Assembly: GCA_021648145.1 (NCBI GenBank) | Contig: JAKITI010000004.1 | Coordinates: forward strand, 63,848 to 127,847 | Direction of reading: 5' to 3' | Length of the DNA stretch: 64,000 nucleotides | Source of the DNA: Gammaproteobacteria bacterium | GTDB lineage: Bacteria; Pseudomonadota; Gammaproteobacteria; JAADGQ01 | Part shown: positions 48,448 through 58,854 of the stretch, piece after piece | Layout of the letters: each line of letters starts with the position of its first letter | How positions within the stretch are numbered: position 1 is the stretch's first letter | The notes under the pieces: generated by a model | The model's input: the letters and a program-made list of their open reading frames with translations, nothing else | What the model was told of the DNA's origin: nothing | Databases searched by the model: none | Program-made: the position numbers and the translations under genes

Positions 48448-50903
48448 CTTTATTAGGGCGTATTAATCGGCTCTCATCAAAACCCATAAATTATAGCACT
48501 GTTGAGTATCGCTTGTTCGACTGGCAAAATGGCTGCATCTTATACGTCAGCGGATTGAATATTTTGGCTCAAGCAACTCGAACTAAAACGCAAAAAGAAC
48601 AGGCACCTCTAAGCACTCATATCAGCCGTGCCTTACGTGAGGGCGGTTTTTTGGTGCTGGGGGCTGTTGCACTTTATCTCGCAATTTCTCTTTTTACCTA
48701 TCATTCCAGTGACCCTGGTTTTTTTCGTAATACGATGTATGGTCCTGTCAAAAATACCGGTGGTTTGGTGGGTGCCTGGTTTGCCGATCTGGCTTTTTAT
48801 ACTTTTGGAATATTAGCTTATCTTTTTCCTGTCGTGATTGTTTATTGTGCTTTTGTTTTTTACAAAGGGCGAAAGCATGCGGGTGATAATTGGTGGCGAC
48901 AAGGTTGGGTGCGTAGTGGTGGATTTTTATTGCTATTATTGTCGGGTGCGGCATTGGTTCACCTTCACTTAGCTGGTTTGGGTGGCGTGCTGCCGTTAGA
49001 TGGGGGCGGTATTCTTGGTGCAATGACGGGCTCAACTCTGTTGGGATTATTTAACCTTCTGGGCTCAACACTTATTTTATTCACACTATTTTTGGTTGGG
49101 ATCAGTATTTGTACAGGGCTTTCATGGATTGGTTTGGTGGATGCGACAGGGCGGGTCACATTGAATGGTTTTTCATGGGTTGGACAAAAAAGACAGCGCC
49201 GGAAAATTTTAGCTCGACAAAAACGTGCGTTGAAAAAAGCAGAAAAAGAGAAAAAAATAGCAGAAAAAACGGCAAGAAAAGATGAGAAAAAAGCCGAGAA
49301 GAAGGCTAAAAAACTATTGTCGAAAAAAGCTCATATTGAGCCACTTTTTAAAGGGATTGAAGTCAGTAAACGGGCTGAAAAAGAGCGCCAAAAACCATTG
49401 TTTCATAATGTAGAAGCAGGCACTTTGCCGCCGTTATCATTGCTAGATGATGCGGAACCTCCTAAAAACAGTATCTCCAAAGCAGATCTGGAAACAATGT
49501 CACGCCTGCTGGAAGTTAAACTGAAGGAGTTTAATGTTTCGGTTGAAGTGGTCGCAGTGCACCCTGGGCCGGTGATCACACGTTATGAGCTTAAACTGGC
49601 GGCGGGTGTAAAAGTCAGTCAAATCGCCAATTTATCTAAAGACCTGGCGCGATCATTGTCGGTGATGAGTGTTCGGATTGTCGATGTGATTCCAGGTAAG
49701 CCTGTGGTTGGCGTAGAAATTCCAAATGAGTATCGGGAAATTGTTCGGCTCAGTGAAATTTTAAAATCGACAGTTTACGATAACGCCAGCTCACCCTTGA
49801 CGATGGGGCTGGGGAAAGATATTTCAGGCCAGCCCTTTGTCGCTGATTTAGGAAAAATGCCTCACTTACTCATTGCGGGAACGACTGGTTCCGGTAAGTC
49901 GGTCGGAGTCAATGCCATGATTCTGAGCTTTCTCTATAACGCCACGCCTGAGCAGGTTCGATTGATTATGATCGATCCCAAAATGTTGGAGTTGTCGATC
50001 TATGAGGGAATTCCACATCTGCTGGCCCCCGTTGTCACAGATATGAAAGAAGCCTCCAATGCATTGAAGTGGTGTGTGGGTGAGATGGATCGGCGTTATC
50101 GTTGTATGGCCTCGGTCGGGGTGCGTAATATTGCGGGTTATAATCGTAAGTTAAAAGAGGCAGCTGAAAAGGGTGAGTCGTTCCCTGATCCACTTTTTCA
50201 GTTCACAGAAGGTGTGACCGAGGTTCCTGTGTTAGAGCATCTGCCTTATATTGTCGTGGTCATTGATGAACTTGCAGATATGATGATGGTGGTCGGTAAA
50301 AAGGTTGAAGAGCTGATTGCACGATTGGCGCAAAAGGCTCGGGCGTGTGGTATTCATTTGATTTTGGCAACACAGCGCCCTTCGGTGGATGTTATTACAG
50401 GTCTGATTAAAGCGAATATTCCAGCGCGTATCGGCTTTCAAGTCTCGTCAAAAATTGATTCTCGAACAATTCTTGATCAGATGGGTGCGGAGCAATTGCT
50501 GGGGCATGGCGATATGCTCTATTTGCCTGGCGGAAAAAGCATCCCTGAGCGTATTCATGGAGCATTTGTGGATGATCATGAGGTTCATGCGGTTGTTGAG
50601 TTTTTGAGTCAGACGGGATCCCCTCAATATATCGATGAAATACTTGAAGGCAGTGTTGCGGAAGATATTGCTGCAGCATTGGGTGGGAGCGGTGGTGCAG
50701 AGGAAGATGAGCTGTACGATGCCGCGCTGCAAATTGTGACTGAGACGCGTAAAGCATCGGTCTCTGGTGTCCAGCGACGACTGAAAATTGGTTACAATCG
50801 AGCGGCTCGTCTGGTTGAAGCGATGGAGGCGGCAGGGGTTGTGAGTTCTGTGCAATCGAATGGTCAGCGTGAAGTGTTGGCACCGCCACCAATTGATGGA
50901 TAA
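48414..50903 (+). CDS. ftsK: DNA translocase FtsK
   Basis: It has an N-terminal 4-TM domain, a long Lys/Glu-rich linker, and the motor domain (Walker [21 protein letters not shown]) and gamma domain. The true start is probably TTG at 48555 or 48564, which would avoid overlap with the divergent DUF58 gene. Confidence 0.9.
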   Translation: MKSEGEGCLLSSLLGRINRLSSKPINYSTVEYRLFDWQNGCILYVSGLNILAQATRTKTQKEQAPLSTHISRALREGGFLVLGAVALYLAISLFTYHSSDPGFFRNTMYGPVKNTGGLVGAWFADLAFYTFGILAYLFPVVIVYCAFVFYKGRKHAGDNWWRQGWVRSGGFLLLLLSGAALVHLHLAGLGGVLPLDGGGILGAMTGSTLLGLFNLLGSTLILFTLFLVGISICTGLSWIGLVDATGRVTLNGFSWVGQKRQRRKILARQKRALKKAEKEKKIAEKTARKDEKKAEKKAKKLLSKKAHIEPLFKGIEVSKRAEKERQKPLFHNVEAGTLPPLSLLDDAEPPKNSISKADLETMSRLLEVKLKEFNVSVEVVAVHPGPVITRYELKLAAGVKVSQIANLSKDLARSLSVMSVRIVDVIPGKPVVGVEIPNEYREIVRLSEILKSTVYDNASSPLTMGLGKDISGQPFVADLGKMPHLLIAGTTGSGKSVGVNAMILSFLYNATPEQVRLIMIDPKMLELSIYEGIPHLLAPVVTDMKEASNALKWCVGEMDRRYRCMASVGVRNIAGYNRKLKEAAEKGESFPDPLFQFTEGVTEVPVLEHLPYIVVVIDELADMMMVVGKKVEELIARLAQKARACGIHLILATQRPSVDVITGLIKANIPARIGFQVSSKIDSRTILDQMGAEQLLGHGDMLYLPGGKSIPERIHGAFVDDHEVHAVVEFLSQTGSPQYIDEILEGSVAEDIAAALGGSGGAEEDELYDAALQIVTETRKASVSGVQRRLKIGYNRAARLVEAMEAAGVVSSVQSNGQREVLAPPPIDG

Positions 50904-51190
50904 AAAAGTGCTAATGGATGGTGTCTAAAGCAACAGGGGTAGGTTTCACTTTGAGTCTTTTTTGTTTAAGTCTATATTATTAGCTGTTAAGCTCCATGTT
51001 CTTTTTGATTCAAGTAGTTTATTCAGCAATGAGTTTGCCTGAACTTGGAAGTGATCTATAGGCTTTACTCAATATATCTTATAGATTTTTTCAATTAGTC
51101 AAATGAGTTGGGGGTATGTAGTATCGGTTCCGAATTATATTTCAACGCCAAAACACAATTCTAAACAAAAACTCGTAAGGAGAAAAATTT

Positions 51191-52606
51191 ATGGCAAATC
51201 AAACTTTTGATGCTGGTGTGCAGGATTACAAGCTAACTTATTGGACGCCTGATTATACGCCGCTAGATACAGATTTATTGGCATGTTTTAAGGTTGTAGA
51301 GCAAGAAGGTGTTCCACGTGAAGAAGCAGCAGCAGCAGTAGCAGCAGAAAGCTCAACAGGCACATGGACAACTGTATGGACTGATTTGTTATCAGACATG
51401 GAGTATTACAAAGGACGTGCCTACAGAATCGAAGAAGTTCCTGGTGATAAGGAAGCTTTTTATGTATTCATCGCTTATCCACTGGATCTGTTTGAAGAAG
51501 GTTCTGTTGTAAACGTACTGACTTCTTTGGTTGGTAACGTATTCGGATTTAAAGCAATTCGTTCTTTAAGACTTGAAGATATCCGTTTCCCAGTTGCATT
51601 TGTTAAAACTTGCATGGGTCCTCCAAGTGGTATCCAGGTTGAACGCGACAAATTAAATAAATACGGTCGCCCAATGTTGGGTTGTACTATCAAGCCTAAA
51701 TTAGGTCTGTCTGCCAAGAATTACGGTCGTGCAGTTTATGAGTGTCTTCGTGGTGGTCTTGATTTCACTAAAGATGATGAAAACATTAACTGTCAGCCTT
51801 TCATGCGCTGGAGAAATCGTTTTGAATTCGTTGCTGAAGCGGTTCATAAAGCACAAGCCGAAACGGGTGAGGTTAAAGGTCATTATCTGAACGTTACTGC
51901 GGCAGATTGTGAAGCGATGATTGAACGTGCAGAATTTGCTAAAGAATTGGGTATGCCAATCATTATGCATGACTTCTTGACCGCTGGTTTTAGTGCGAAT
52001 ACTTCGCTGGCTAAATGGTGTCGTAAAAATGGCATGTTGTTACATATCCATCGCGCAATGCATGCAGTAATTGACCGTAATCCTCGTCACGGCATTCATT
52101 TTCGTGTTCTTGTTAAATGTTTACGTTTGTCTGGTGGTGATCATCTGCATACTGGAACCGTTGTTGGTAAGTTGGAAGGTGATCGTGCGACAACTTTGGG
52201 TTTTGTTGACTTGTTGCGTGAAGATTTCATTCCAGAAGATCGTGCTCGTGGAATCTTCTTTGATCAAGACTGGGCCTCTATGCCTGGTGTATTCGCAGTA
52301 GCATCGGGTGGTATTCATGTATGGCACATGCCTGCACTGTTAAATATCTTTGGTGACGACTCTGTTCTACAGTTTGGTGGTGGAACACAAGGTCATCCAG
52401 ATGGAAATGCAGCGGGTGCAGCAGCAAACCGTGTTGCATTGGAAGCTTGTGTTAAAGCTCGTAACGAAGGTCGTGATTTAGAAAAAGAAGGTGGTGACAT
52501 CTTACGTGAGGCGGCTCAGCACAGTAAGGAACTTGCTGTTGCTCTTGAGACTTGGAAAGAGATCAAGTTTGAGTTTGATACTGTTGACAAGCTAGACGTA
52601 CGTTAA
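51191..52606 (+). CDS. cbbL: RuBisCO large subunit, form I (carboxysomal type)
   Basis: 471 aa containing [21 protein letters not shown], including the carbamylated-Lys motif KDDE. Confidence 0.95.
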   Translation: MANQTFDAGVQDYKLTYWTPDYTPLDTDLLACFKVVEQEGVPREEAAAAVAAESSTGTWTTVWTDLLSDMEYYKGRAYRIEEVPGDKEAFYVFIAYPLDLFEEGSVVNVLTSLVGNVFGFKAIRSLRLEDIRFPVAFVKTCMGPPSGIQVERDKLNKYGRPMLGCTIKPKLGLSAKNYGRAVYECLRGGLDFTKDDENINCQPFMRWRNRFEFVAEAVHKAQAETGEVKGHYLNVTAADCEAMIERAEFAKELGMPIIMHDFLTAGFSANTSLAKWCRKNGMLLHIHRAMHAVIDRNPRHGIHFRVLVKCLRLSGGDHLHTGTVVGKLEGDRATTLGFVDLLREDFIPEDRARGIFFDQDWASMPGVFAVASGGIHVWHMPALLNIFGDDSVLQFGGGTQGHPDGNAAGAAANRVALEACVKARNEGRDLEKEGGDILREAAQHSKELAVALETWKEIKFEFDTVDKLDVR

Positions 52607-52653
52607 TTTTTTATTAGTTAATATATATATAAGCATTTAATAGGAGTTCAATT

Positions 52654-52998
52654 ATGAGCCAACAAATTCAAGAAGATTACCGCACAAAGTACACCCTGGA
52701 GACCTTTTCTTTTTTGCCTCCATTAACTTCTGATGAGATCTATAACCAGATCGTTTACATTATTAATCAAGGCTGGACACCTGCTCTTGAGCATGAAACA
52801 CCTGAGTCAGCTTCTGCCCATTACTGGGGTATGTGGAAACTACCATTCTTCGGTATGCGTGATCCTAATGAGGTTTTGCAAGAAATTGAGGCGTGCCGTC
52901 AACAATACCCAGATCACCTGATCAGAGTGTTGGGATATGATAGCTATACTCAATGTCAAGGTCACAACTTTGTGGTTTATCGCCCTAGAGGCATGTAG
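52654..52998 (+). CDS. cbbS: RuBisCO small subunit
   Basis: 114 aa containing WTPALEHE and MWKLPFFG. Confidence 0.9.
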   Translation: MSQQIQEDYRTKYTLETFSFLPPLTSDEIYNQIVYIINQGWTPALEHETPESASAHYWGMWKLPFFGMRDPNEVLQEIEACRQQYPDHLIRVLGYDSYTQCQGHNFVVYRPRGM

Positions 52999-53031
52999 TC
53001 ATCAGCAAAGAAAGAGTATGGAGCCTTTAAT

Positions 53032-54993
53032 ATGAGTAATTCTATAAATGACGTGAGCGGACGCTCGCAGTCAAAGGCACGTCGTAAGTCAAAGCTTTCT
53101 GGTGGAAAATCAGGTGTAGCTAGAGCGACAAGAGTCCCTAGAAAAAAATCTGAGCCAGTCATTTTGGCTTCAGGTTCTAGTGCTTCTGTTGTAGCTGCGC
53201 CTGTTAAGTCTGAATTCACTTCAGCTTCTACAAAGCGTCAATCGCCTTCTCTGCAATCCATTACAGTTGCTGAAGGGCGTGCGATGGCGAAGCAAAAAAG
53301 AAAGCGGATGATTCGTGGTAAAACTGGGTCATCTCAAACAAATACGCAAGGTTCTTTGAAAACGAGAAAAAAGCCTGATGAGATGATTGAGCTTCGTTCT
53401 ACTACTACAAGTAAAAGCGCTGCTTTGAAGGGTAAAAAAGTTTCTCCTGCTATTAATAAATCGCAGGTTAAATCTGAATCATCAAAGGGTCGCAATATGT
53501 CAAAAGCCAGGCGTAAAGCTCTTGTCAAAGGCAAAGCTGGTCAGTCCTCTTTTAGTAGTCAGTCTAGCTCTGTTGCCAAGATGGCTAATCCCGGCGCTTC
53601 GGTAAGAGATGTGGCTCGAGTGGTAAGGGCAGAGCGCTGCAGCAAAGGCAAGACAGTTTGTTCTGCTGTTACAAAGTCTTCTAGGCGACAAAAGCGTAAA
53701 AGTGTAAATGATGCTCCAGAAAAAGTTTCTTTATCTGAAACTTTGAGTGGTAGCGTTGTTTCTGGCGTGCATGTGGGTCAAGGCCAGTTAACTGGCGCAG
53801 AGAAAGGTGCTTGCAAAAATGTGAGTGGTACTGAGTATTTGGGAATGGAAGAGTTTGTAACGCACTGCTCTACTGTTCCTGAAGCATCACCTTCAAAAGT
53901 TTCTTTTACTCAAACAAGTAAAGGAAGAACGGTGAGTGGTACTGAGTTTGGGCAAGACAAATCTGTCACGGGTGATAGAGCGGGGCTATGCTCTTCAGTG
54001 ACGGGTACAGAGTACCTTCCTGCGGATCAAGGTGATTTGTTTTGTGGTGCTGATCAAGCGTTAACGAAGTCTGACACAGGTTCTATGATTCCACGTCTAA
54101 TGAAGCCGAGTTGTACGCCTAAGTCAAAAGCTGTTCCTGCTAAAGTGGTTATTTCAACGACAATGGCTGGGAATATGACGACTGGCACACAAGTTGGAAG
54201 AGGCTTGTCCGTGACTGGTGATGAACGTGGTTACTGTCAAGCAATTACTGGTATTGGTTATCAAGGTAAAGAGGAGGTTTCGGCTGTTTGTGAAACGAAA
54301 TCTCCTGTTTCCCCGCCTGCTAAAGTATTAGTTTCTGGTACGGTGGGTGGTCAAATTGTGACGGGCGATCGTAGTGGCAGCGTAAGTGGAATGACCGGTG
54401 CAGAAATTGGAAGCTGTCAGCCTGTGAGCGGAACTGCTTATGTAGGCACAGAGTTTGCCTCAGATAGTTGTTCAGTAGAAGCTCAGGCATCTATCGCTCA
54501 GCGTTCAAAACAAGCAGCGGTTCAAAGTAGCCAGCCTATGACGGGTGTTCGGCCCGGTATGATGGGTCTAACAGGGGCTCAAAAAGGCGCTTGTGAAGTT
54601 GTTTCTGGAACGCATTATCAATCTGCTTCTGAAATGAGTCAGTTGTGTGAGGGCAGTGGTGCTGCAACACTTGGTGAGTCTGATTATCCTATGATAATTG
54701 GTCAAGCGACTGCAGCAACTCTTGCGGGTAGTGTTACAGCGCCTTCGGTTTCACCACCGAGTGCTATCACCGGTGATGGTTGGGAAAAAGGTAATAAAGT
54801 GACGGGTACTGATGGTGCTTGGGCTGCAAAGCGTAATCCTTCTATCCGAGGGGTTCAAGGGCAGTCTCCAATGAGCGCATCTAACTTTAGACCGCACTCA
54901 ATGCCTGAGGTACCTCAGAGTCCAATTACAGGTTCCTCTGGAAATACCACGGAAGGGAGTAAAGTGACCCTTTCTGGTGGCGCAAGAGCGTAA
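53032..54993 (+). CDS. csoS2: alpha-carboxysome scaffold protein CsoS2
   Basis: 653 aa and Lys/Arg/Ser/Gly-rich. It has repeated VTG.E, G.....VSGT.Y and C-containing repeats (GAEKGACKNVSGTEYLG, DRAGLCSSVTGTEYL, ERGYCQAITGIGYQG, EIGSCQPVSGTAYVG). It sits between cbbS and csoSCA. Confidence 0.8.
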   Translation: MSNSINDVSGRSQSKARRKSKLSGGKSGVARATRVPRKKSEPVILASGSSASVVAAPVKSEFTSASTKRQSPSLQSITVAEGRAMAKQKRKRMIRGKTGSSQTNTQGSLKTRKKPDEMIELRSTTTSKSAALKGKKVSPAINKSQVKSESSKGRNMSKARRKALVKGKAGQSSFSSQSSSVAKMANPGASVRDVARVVRAERCSKGKTVCSAVTKSSRRQKRKSVNDAPEKVSLSETLSGSVVSGVHVGQGQLTGAEKGACKNVSGTEYLGMEEFVTHCSTVPEASPSKVSFTQTSKGRTVSGTEFGQDKSVTGDRAGLCSSVTGTEYLPADQGDLFCGADQALTKSDTGSMIPRLMKPSCTPKSKAVPAKVVISTTMAGNMTTGTQVGRGLSVTGDERGYCQAITGIGYQGKEEVSAVCETKSPVSPPAKVLVSGTVGGQIVTGDRSGSVSGMTGAEIGSCQPVSGTAYVGTEFASDSCSVEAQASIAQRSKQAAVQSSQPMTGVRPGMMGLTGAQKGACEVVSGTHYQSASEMSQLCEGSGAATLGESDYPMIIGQATAATLAGSVTAPSVSPPSAITGDGWEKGNKVTGTDGAWAAKRNPSIRGVQGQSPMSASNFRPHSMPEVPQSPITGSSGNTTEGSKVTLSGGARA

Positions 54994-56538
54994 TTGGAAA
55001 AAGTGATGTTAAGCACAAGCTATCGCAAAAGCTCTATGTTCTCTAGATCGAAGGCTAAGCCGCCAGCTCTTGGTATGCGTCCTATAAAAAGGACCTTTAA
55101 GGCAGGTGGCAGTCTTGATGTGGCTATGAAGATGGAGAGTTTTTCGAGCTTTAATAGCAACCCTCTTGTTAGGGTTGAGCAAAATAATACTTTTCATGAT
55201 TATGAAGTTCGCATCAAAGCTGGCTTTGATGGTGTTGAGTCTGTTGTTCAGCAGTTGGTTGTAAAACAAAAATGTCTAGACTTTCTGAAAACTGCTTATT
55301 TACTAATCCAGGAAAAGTTAAATCTTTCACTCAGTAATGAGCAGTTAAACATTCTTAGTAAAGATCAGTTTGACAGTAATGATTTTTATGCGGAATGCAT
55401 TTTTGCGCAGTTTATGAGAATGTCAGAAGATTTTTTTAAAAATGACCCGTTATGTGGGCAAAATAAAATTGAAGCAGAAAATGTTTTCAAAAAATTGGGT
55501 TTTCATGCGGTTGGAATTGCGGCATGTTCTGATGGACGTTTAGCTCATTTTTCTACCTATGTATTGCGATTACCCTACTCGTTACCTCGAAGGAAGTTTC
55601 ATGCTGGAACTTTATTTGATGTCAGTGAGAGTGTACGTAATTGGGTCTTTATTGAGCACGGGCGTTTCAGAGAAGGAATACCTAACTCAGCTGAAGAAGC
55701 AACTAAATATTTAAAAATTGCCGTATATCATTTCTCTAAGTCTGACCCAGAGCATCAAGGTTGTGCCGCGCACGGTAGTGATGATAGCAAGGCCGCGACA
55801 AGTGCTTTGTCAAAGTTAAATGATTTTAAACAAGCAATTGAAAATAGATTTGGGTGTGGGTCAACCATTAAGACATTATTAATCGGTATAAATACAGATG
55901 ATGATAGCTTGAAGATTCACGTCCCTAATGCGCATGGAAAAATGTGTTTGCAACGTTTTGTTGAGACGGATGCGCTTTTTTTACAAACAATCGGGCTCAA
56001 TGCCGAGCAGGCTAAGTTAAGCATTAAAAAATCTGTTGGTGTATGTGGTGGAAAAAAGGTAGCGAACTCTTCAGATTCGATGAACGCTTTAATCTGTTGG
56101 TTAATTGAGAATAATTTTTCCCAGATAGAGTACGTTAAAAGCTATGAAAATGGTTTCTATCATGATACGGGTCATGCAGAGCGTTTTATCGGTATTGGTA
56201 GTGGATTTGAAGAGGTTCAACTTCGTAATTTAAGTTACTACAGTTTCTTGAATACAGTTGAAGAGGGTTTGAATGATGTCAATATTGGCATCAAAATTTT
56301 TACGGGATTGAATTTAAGTAAAGGTTTACCAATTCCTATTATTATTCGCTCTGATTATGATGGCAAAGTGCCTGGCTCAAAAAATAGAGCTCAGGAGAAG
56401 GTTTTTCGTATCGAGCAAGCATTACATGAGCGCTACCAAGAGTTGTCTATGCAAGGAAAATTAAAGTCTATGTGTACTTTAAAAGACAACACTGGTCACA
56501 AACCAGCTGAAAGAGTTTCAAACTTGGTAGAGCAATAA
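54994..56538 (+). CDS. csoSCA: carboxysomal beta-class carbonic anhydrase CsoSCA (CsoS3)
   Basis: 514 aa in the canonical position after csoS2. The start codon is uncertain: TTG at 54994, GTG at 55003 or ATG at 55006. Confidence 0.75.
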   Translation: MEKVMLSTSYRKSSMFSRSKAKPPALGMRPIKRTFKAGGSLDVAMKMESFSSFNSNPLVRVEQNNTFHDYEVRIKAGFDGVESVVQQLVVKQKCLDFLKTAYLLIQEKLNLSLSNEQLNILSKDQFDSNDFYAECIFAQFMRMSEDFFKNDPLCGQNKIEAENVFKKLGFHAVGIAACSDGRLAHFSTYVLRLPYSLPRRKFHAGTLFDVSESVRNWVFIEHGRFREGIPNSAEEATKYLKIAVYHFSKSDPEHQGCAAHGSDDSKAATSALSKLNDFKQAIENRFGCGSTIKTLLIGINTDDDSLKIHVPNAHGKMCLQRFVETDALFLQTIGLNAEQAKLSIKKSVGVCGGKKVANSSDSMNALICWLIENNFSQIEYVKSYENGFYHDTGHAERFIGIGSGFEEVQLRNLSYYSFLNTVEEGLNDVNIGIKIFTGLNLSKGLPIPIIIRSDYDGKVPGSKNRAQEKVFRIEQALHERYQELSMQGKLKSMCTLKDNTGHKPAERVSNLVEQ

Positions 56539-56559
56539 CTATTTGGGATCTTTTAGTTT

Positions 56560-56808
56560 ATGAAAATTTTAAAAGTTGATAAGACACTGGTTTCGACAAA
56601 TAGAATTTCAAGCATGGATCACAAGCCTTTGTTGGTTGTGCGTGAGAAAGATGGTGGAACACCACAAGTGGCTGTTGACCCTGTAGGCTGTAAACCAGGT
56701 GATTGGGTGCTTTGTGTTGGTAGTTCTGCTGCAAGGGATGCCACGGGTATAAAAGCTTACCCGAGTGACTTAACCATTGTTGGTATTATCGATAAGTGGG
56801 AGGTGTGA
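56560..56808 (+). CDS. csoS4A: carboxysome vertex protein CsoS4A (EutN/CcmL family)
   Basis: 82 aa. MKILKVDKTLVSTNRI...KPGDWVLCVGSSAARDA...IVGIID is the EutN/CcmL pentamer fold signature. Confidence 0.85.
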   Translation: MKILKVDKTLVSTNRISSMDHKPLLVVREKDGGTPQVAVDPVGCKPGDWVLCVGSSAARDATGIKAYPSDLTIVGIIDKWEV

Positions 56809-56814
56809 TTTCTT

Positions 56815-57060
56815 ATGGAAATACACCAGGTTAAGCAAAAATTAATTGTAACGAGCAGGTTGGATGGCTTAGGTCACTTGCCTATTAAAGTGCTGCAAAG
56901 TGTATCGGGTGCAAGACTTGTTGCACTTGATCCAATCGGTGTTAAAGCAGGGGACTGGGTGTTTACAATTGCAAATTCAGCGGCCAGAACTGCCGCAGGT
57001 GATGACAAAATTTTAACGGACTTAACAGTCGCTGGAATTATTGATAACTGGCAATCATAA
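56815..57060 (+). CDS. csoS4B: carboxysome vertex protein CsoS4B (EutN/CcmL family)
   Basis: 81 aa and a paralog of csoS4A (KAGDWVFTIANSAARTA...VAGIID). Confidence 0.85.
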   Translation: MEIHQVKQKLIVTSRLDGLGHLPIKVLQSVSGARLVALDPIGVKAGDWVFTIANSAARTAAGDDKILTDLTVAGIIDNWQS

Positions 57061-57087
57061 ATAAAATTTAAACTTAGGAGAAAAACC

Positions 57088-57366
57088 ATGAGCACAGAAT
57101 ACGGTATTGCTTTAGGAATGATAGAGACACGCGGGTTAGTTCCTGCCATTGAAGCAGCAGATGCGATGACTAAAGCAGCAGAAGTTCGCCTGGTCAGTCG
57201 TGAATTTGTAGGCGGTGGTTATGTCACTGTATTGGTTCGTGGTGAAACGGGCGCAGTCAATGCCGCAGTTCGTGCGGGCGCTGATGCCTGTGAGCGTGTT
57301 GGAGATGGCCTTGTTGCTGCCCACATCATTGCGCGTCCTCATAATGAATTAGGGTCTATGCTATAA
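57088..57366 (+). CDS. csoS1: carboxysome shell hexamer CsoS1 (BMC domain)
   Basis: 92 aa with the canonical BMC sequence ALGMIETRGLVPAIEAADAMTKAAEVRLV. Confidence 0.95.
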   Translation: MSTEYGIALGMIETRGLVPAIEAADAMTKAAEVRLVSREFVGGGYVTVLVRGETGAVNAAVRAGADACERVGDGLVAAHIIARPHNELGSML

Positions 57367-57436
57367 ATAGCAAAGTCTATTATTATAATAATTAGAGTAC
57401 TTTAGAGGGGAAAACCCTCTACGAAAGGAAAAAATT

Positions 57437-57985
57437 ATGAGTTATCGCCCATTTATGCAAGGCAATGCTATGTCTGGTGCAGCTGGTTTTCCTAGATTTG
57501 ATAGTTCTACACAGCTAGAGAGTAATTCTAAAATACTAGGGTATTTAGGACGTTCTTTAAGCTTGGAATTTACCTCTGGTCAGCATTATTTGGCCCAGGC
57601 TTCTTTGGCTAAGTTTCGTAATGAGGCTCATTATGCGCAAGGTTTTGTGACCTTGGCGAATGAAGAGTTTCAGCACGCCAACTTAATTACTGATCGCATC
57701 ATTACTCATGGTGCTTTACCTGCGGGTAGCGTTCTAAGCCCTTCGACTTATTCTGGCTCTATCGTTGATGCGTTGAAAAGTTGTGAGGCAAGAGAAATTG
57801 CTTTAATCCAGCTTTATGGTGAGGCAGCTCAGTATTGTGCAAACATGGGAGCAGCAGAAGATAGCTCTTTATTTAACAGGTTGTTTGAAGAAGAGCAGGC
57901 TCAGTTGGTTAGAATTAGAGGCTGGATCAAAGAATATTATCATGTGATGAATGTAAACCCTGCTATGACTAGGAGTTTTGCATGA
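57437..57985 (+). CDS. ferritin-like (bacterioferritin-like) protein of alpha-carboxysome loci
   Basis: 182 aa with the ferritin-like helix pattern E..HY......L..EE.QH. This is the position where bfr-like genes are found in cso operons. Confidence 0.65.
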   Translation: MSYRPFMQGNAMSGAAGFPRFDSSTQLESNSKILGYLGRSLSLEFTSGQHYLAQASLAKFRNEAHYAQGFVTLANEEFQHANLITDRIITHGALPAGSVLSPSTYSGSIVDALKSCEAREIALIQLYGEAAQYCANMGAAEDSSLFNRLFEEEQAQLVRIRGWIKEYYHVMNVNPAMTRSFA

Positions 57986-58257
57986 AAAGTAACTGGAGGA
58001 AGAAGGAAAAGCCTCCTTTATTAGAAGCTAGATTTGAGTTTACAGAATTTAGGGTTTTGATGTCTTTTTTAGATTCCTTAGCAGAGGTTGCTGAAGAAAT
58101 GGATCACCACCCTAATATCAGTTTTAGCCGTCAGCATGTATCAGTTGTGATTTATTCAAAGACGGAAACACTTAATGATACTGATTTTAAACTCGCAGAA
58201 GAGATAGATGTGAGGCATAAACAGTCGATAGACTTTTCAAAAGGAGTTCTTGAATGA
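57982..58257 (+). CDS. pterin-4a-carbinolamine dehydratase-like protein (alpha-carboxysome RuBisCO assembly factor acRAF-like)
   Basis: 91 aa with PCD/DCoH-family core EEMDHHPNISFSRQHVSVVIYS. It overlaps its neighbours by 4 nt on each side. Confidence 0.7.
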   Translation: MKSNWRKKEKPPLLEARFEFTEFRVLMSFLDSLAEVAEEMDHHPNISFSRQHVSVVIYSKTETLNDTDFKLAEEIDVRHKQSIDFSKGVLE

Positions 58258-58598
58258 GCAAGCTAGATGATAAAAAAAAACAAGCTGTTATTAATCAAAA
58301 ATCTGTACAAAAAGCAGTTAAACCTATCAAAACAACAAAAAAATCTGTAATAAAAAAAATAAATCCGGCTGTAAAAGCTATGCCTAAAAAAGATAATGTT
58401 AAGTTGGTAGCCAGTAAGTCAGTAGTTGTTGTTAAGCCATCCTCAGCTAATGCTCAAAAAAAACCAGTGTCAGCGAAGTCTTCACCTGCTAATACTCAAA
58501 AAAAATCAACAAAAACAAAGAAGTTAATAAGCAAGCCAATGAAGCATATTGCAGATCAAATTAAAGAGTTACCTAGCAAAAGGGTTTGGCCTGACTAG
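58254..58598 (+). CDS. Lys-rich intrinsically disordered protein ending in WPD, a candidate alpha-type McdB (carboxysome positioning adaptor)
   Basis: 114 aa, low-complexity and K/S/A/V-rich (KKSVIKKINPAVKAMPKKDNVKL...KKSTKTKKLISKP). The C-terminus reads ...LPSKRVWPD*. It is translationally coupled to the acRAF-like gene. Confidence 0.45.
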   Translation: MSKLDDKKKQAVINQKSVQKAVKPIKTTKKSVIKKINPAVKAMPKKDNVKLVASKSVVVVKPSSANAQKKPVSAKSSPANTQKKSTKTKKLISKPMKHIADQIKELPSKRVWPD

Positions 58599-58630
58599 TT
58601 AAATTATTAGTGCTTGGTTCAAAATTAATG

Positions 58631-58655
58631 GCGGGAATGTTACCCCGCTTTTTTT
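58631..58655 (+). terminator. weak rho-independent terminator after the cso operon
   Basis: GCGGG-aatgttac-CCCGC followed by TTTTTTT. Confidence 0.4.
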
Positions 58656-58854
58656 ATGTGAACTTGCTTTGTAGCGAAGTTGGTATTTATTTGAAAAAAT
58701 AGCAACAACCTATTGACTACTCTCTATACATGAGAGTTGTATTACCAACTTCTATTCTAGTACTATTTTTCGTATCATACTCGCACTAAAAATAAATGTT
58801 CTATACACAGAGGCGAATACACCTCTCTTAACAGTATAGAAAAAGGTATAAATT

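Noticed and set aside
48414-48554. Annotated 5' extension of ftsK overlapping the divergent DUF58 gene start.
   Set aside because: The first ~47 codons have no counterpart in FtsK N-termini. Downstream in-frame TTG starts at 48555 or 48564 give the expected ~25-residue cytoplasmic leader before TM1. The overlap is probably an ORF-extension artefact.
52977-53691. Minus-strand ORFs inside csoS2, and ORFs at 51475..51970 and 52071..52327 inside cbbL.
   Set aside because: They are embedded in highly conserved RuBisCO and CsoS2 coding sequence on the opposite strand or frame, so they are spurious.
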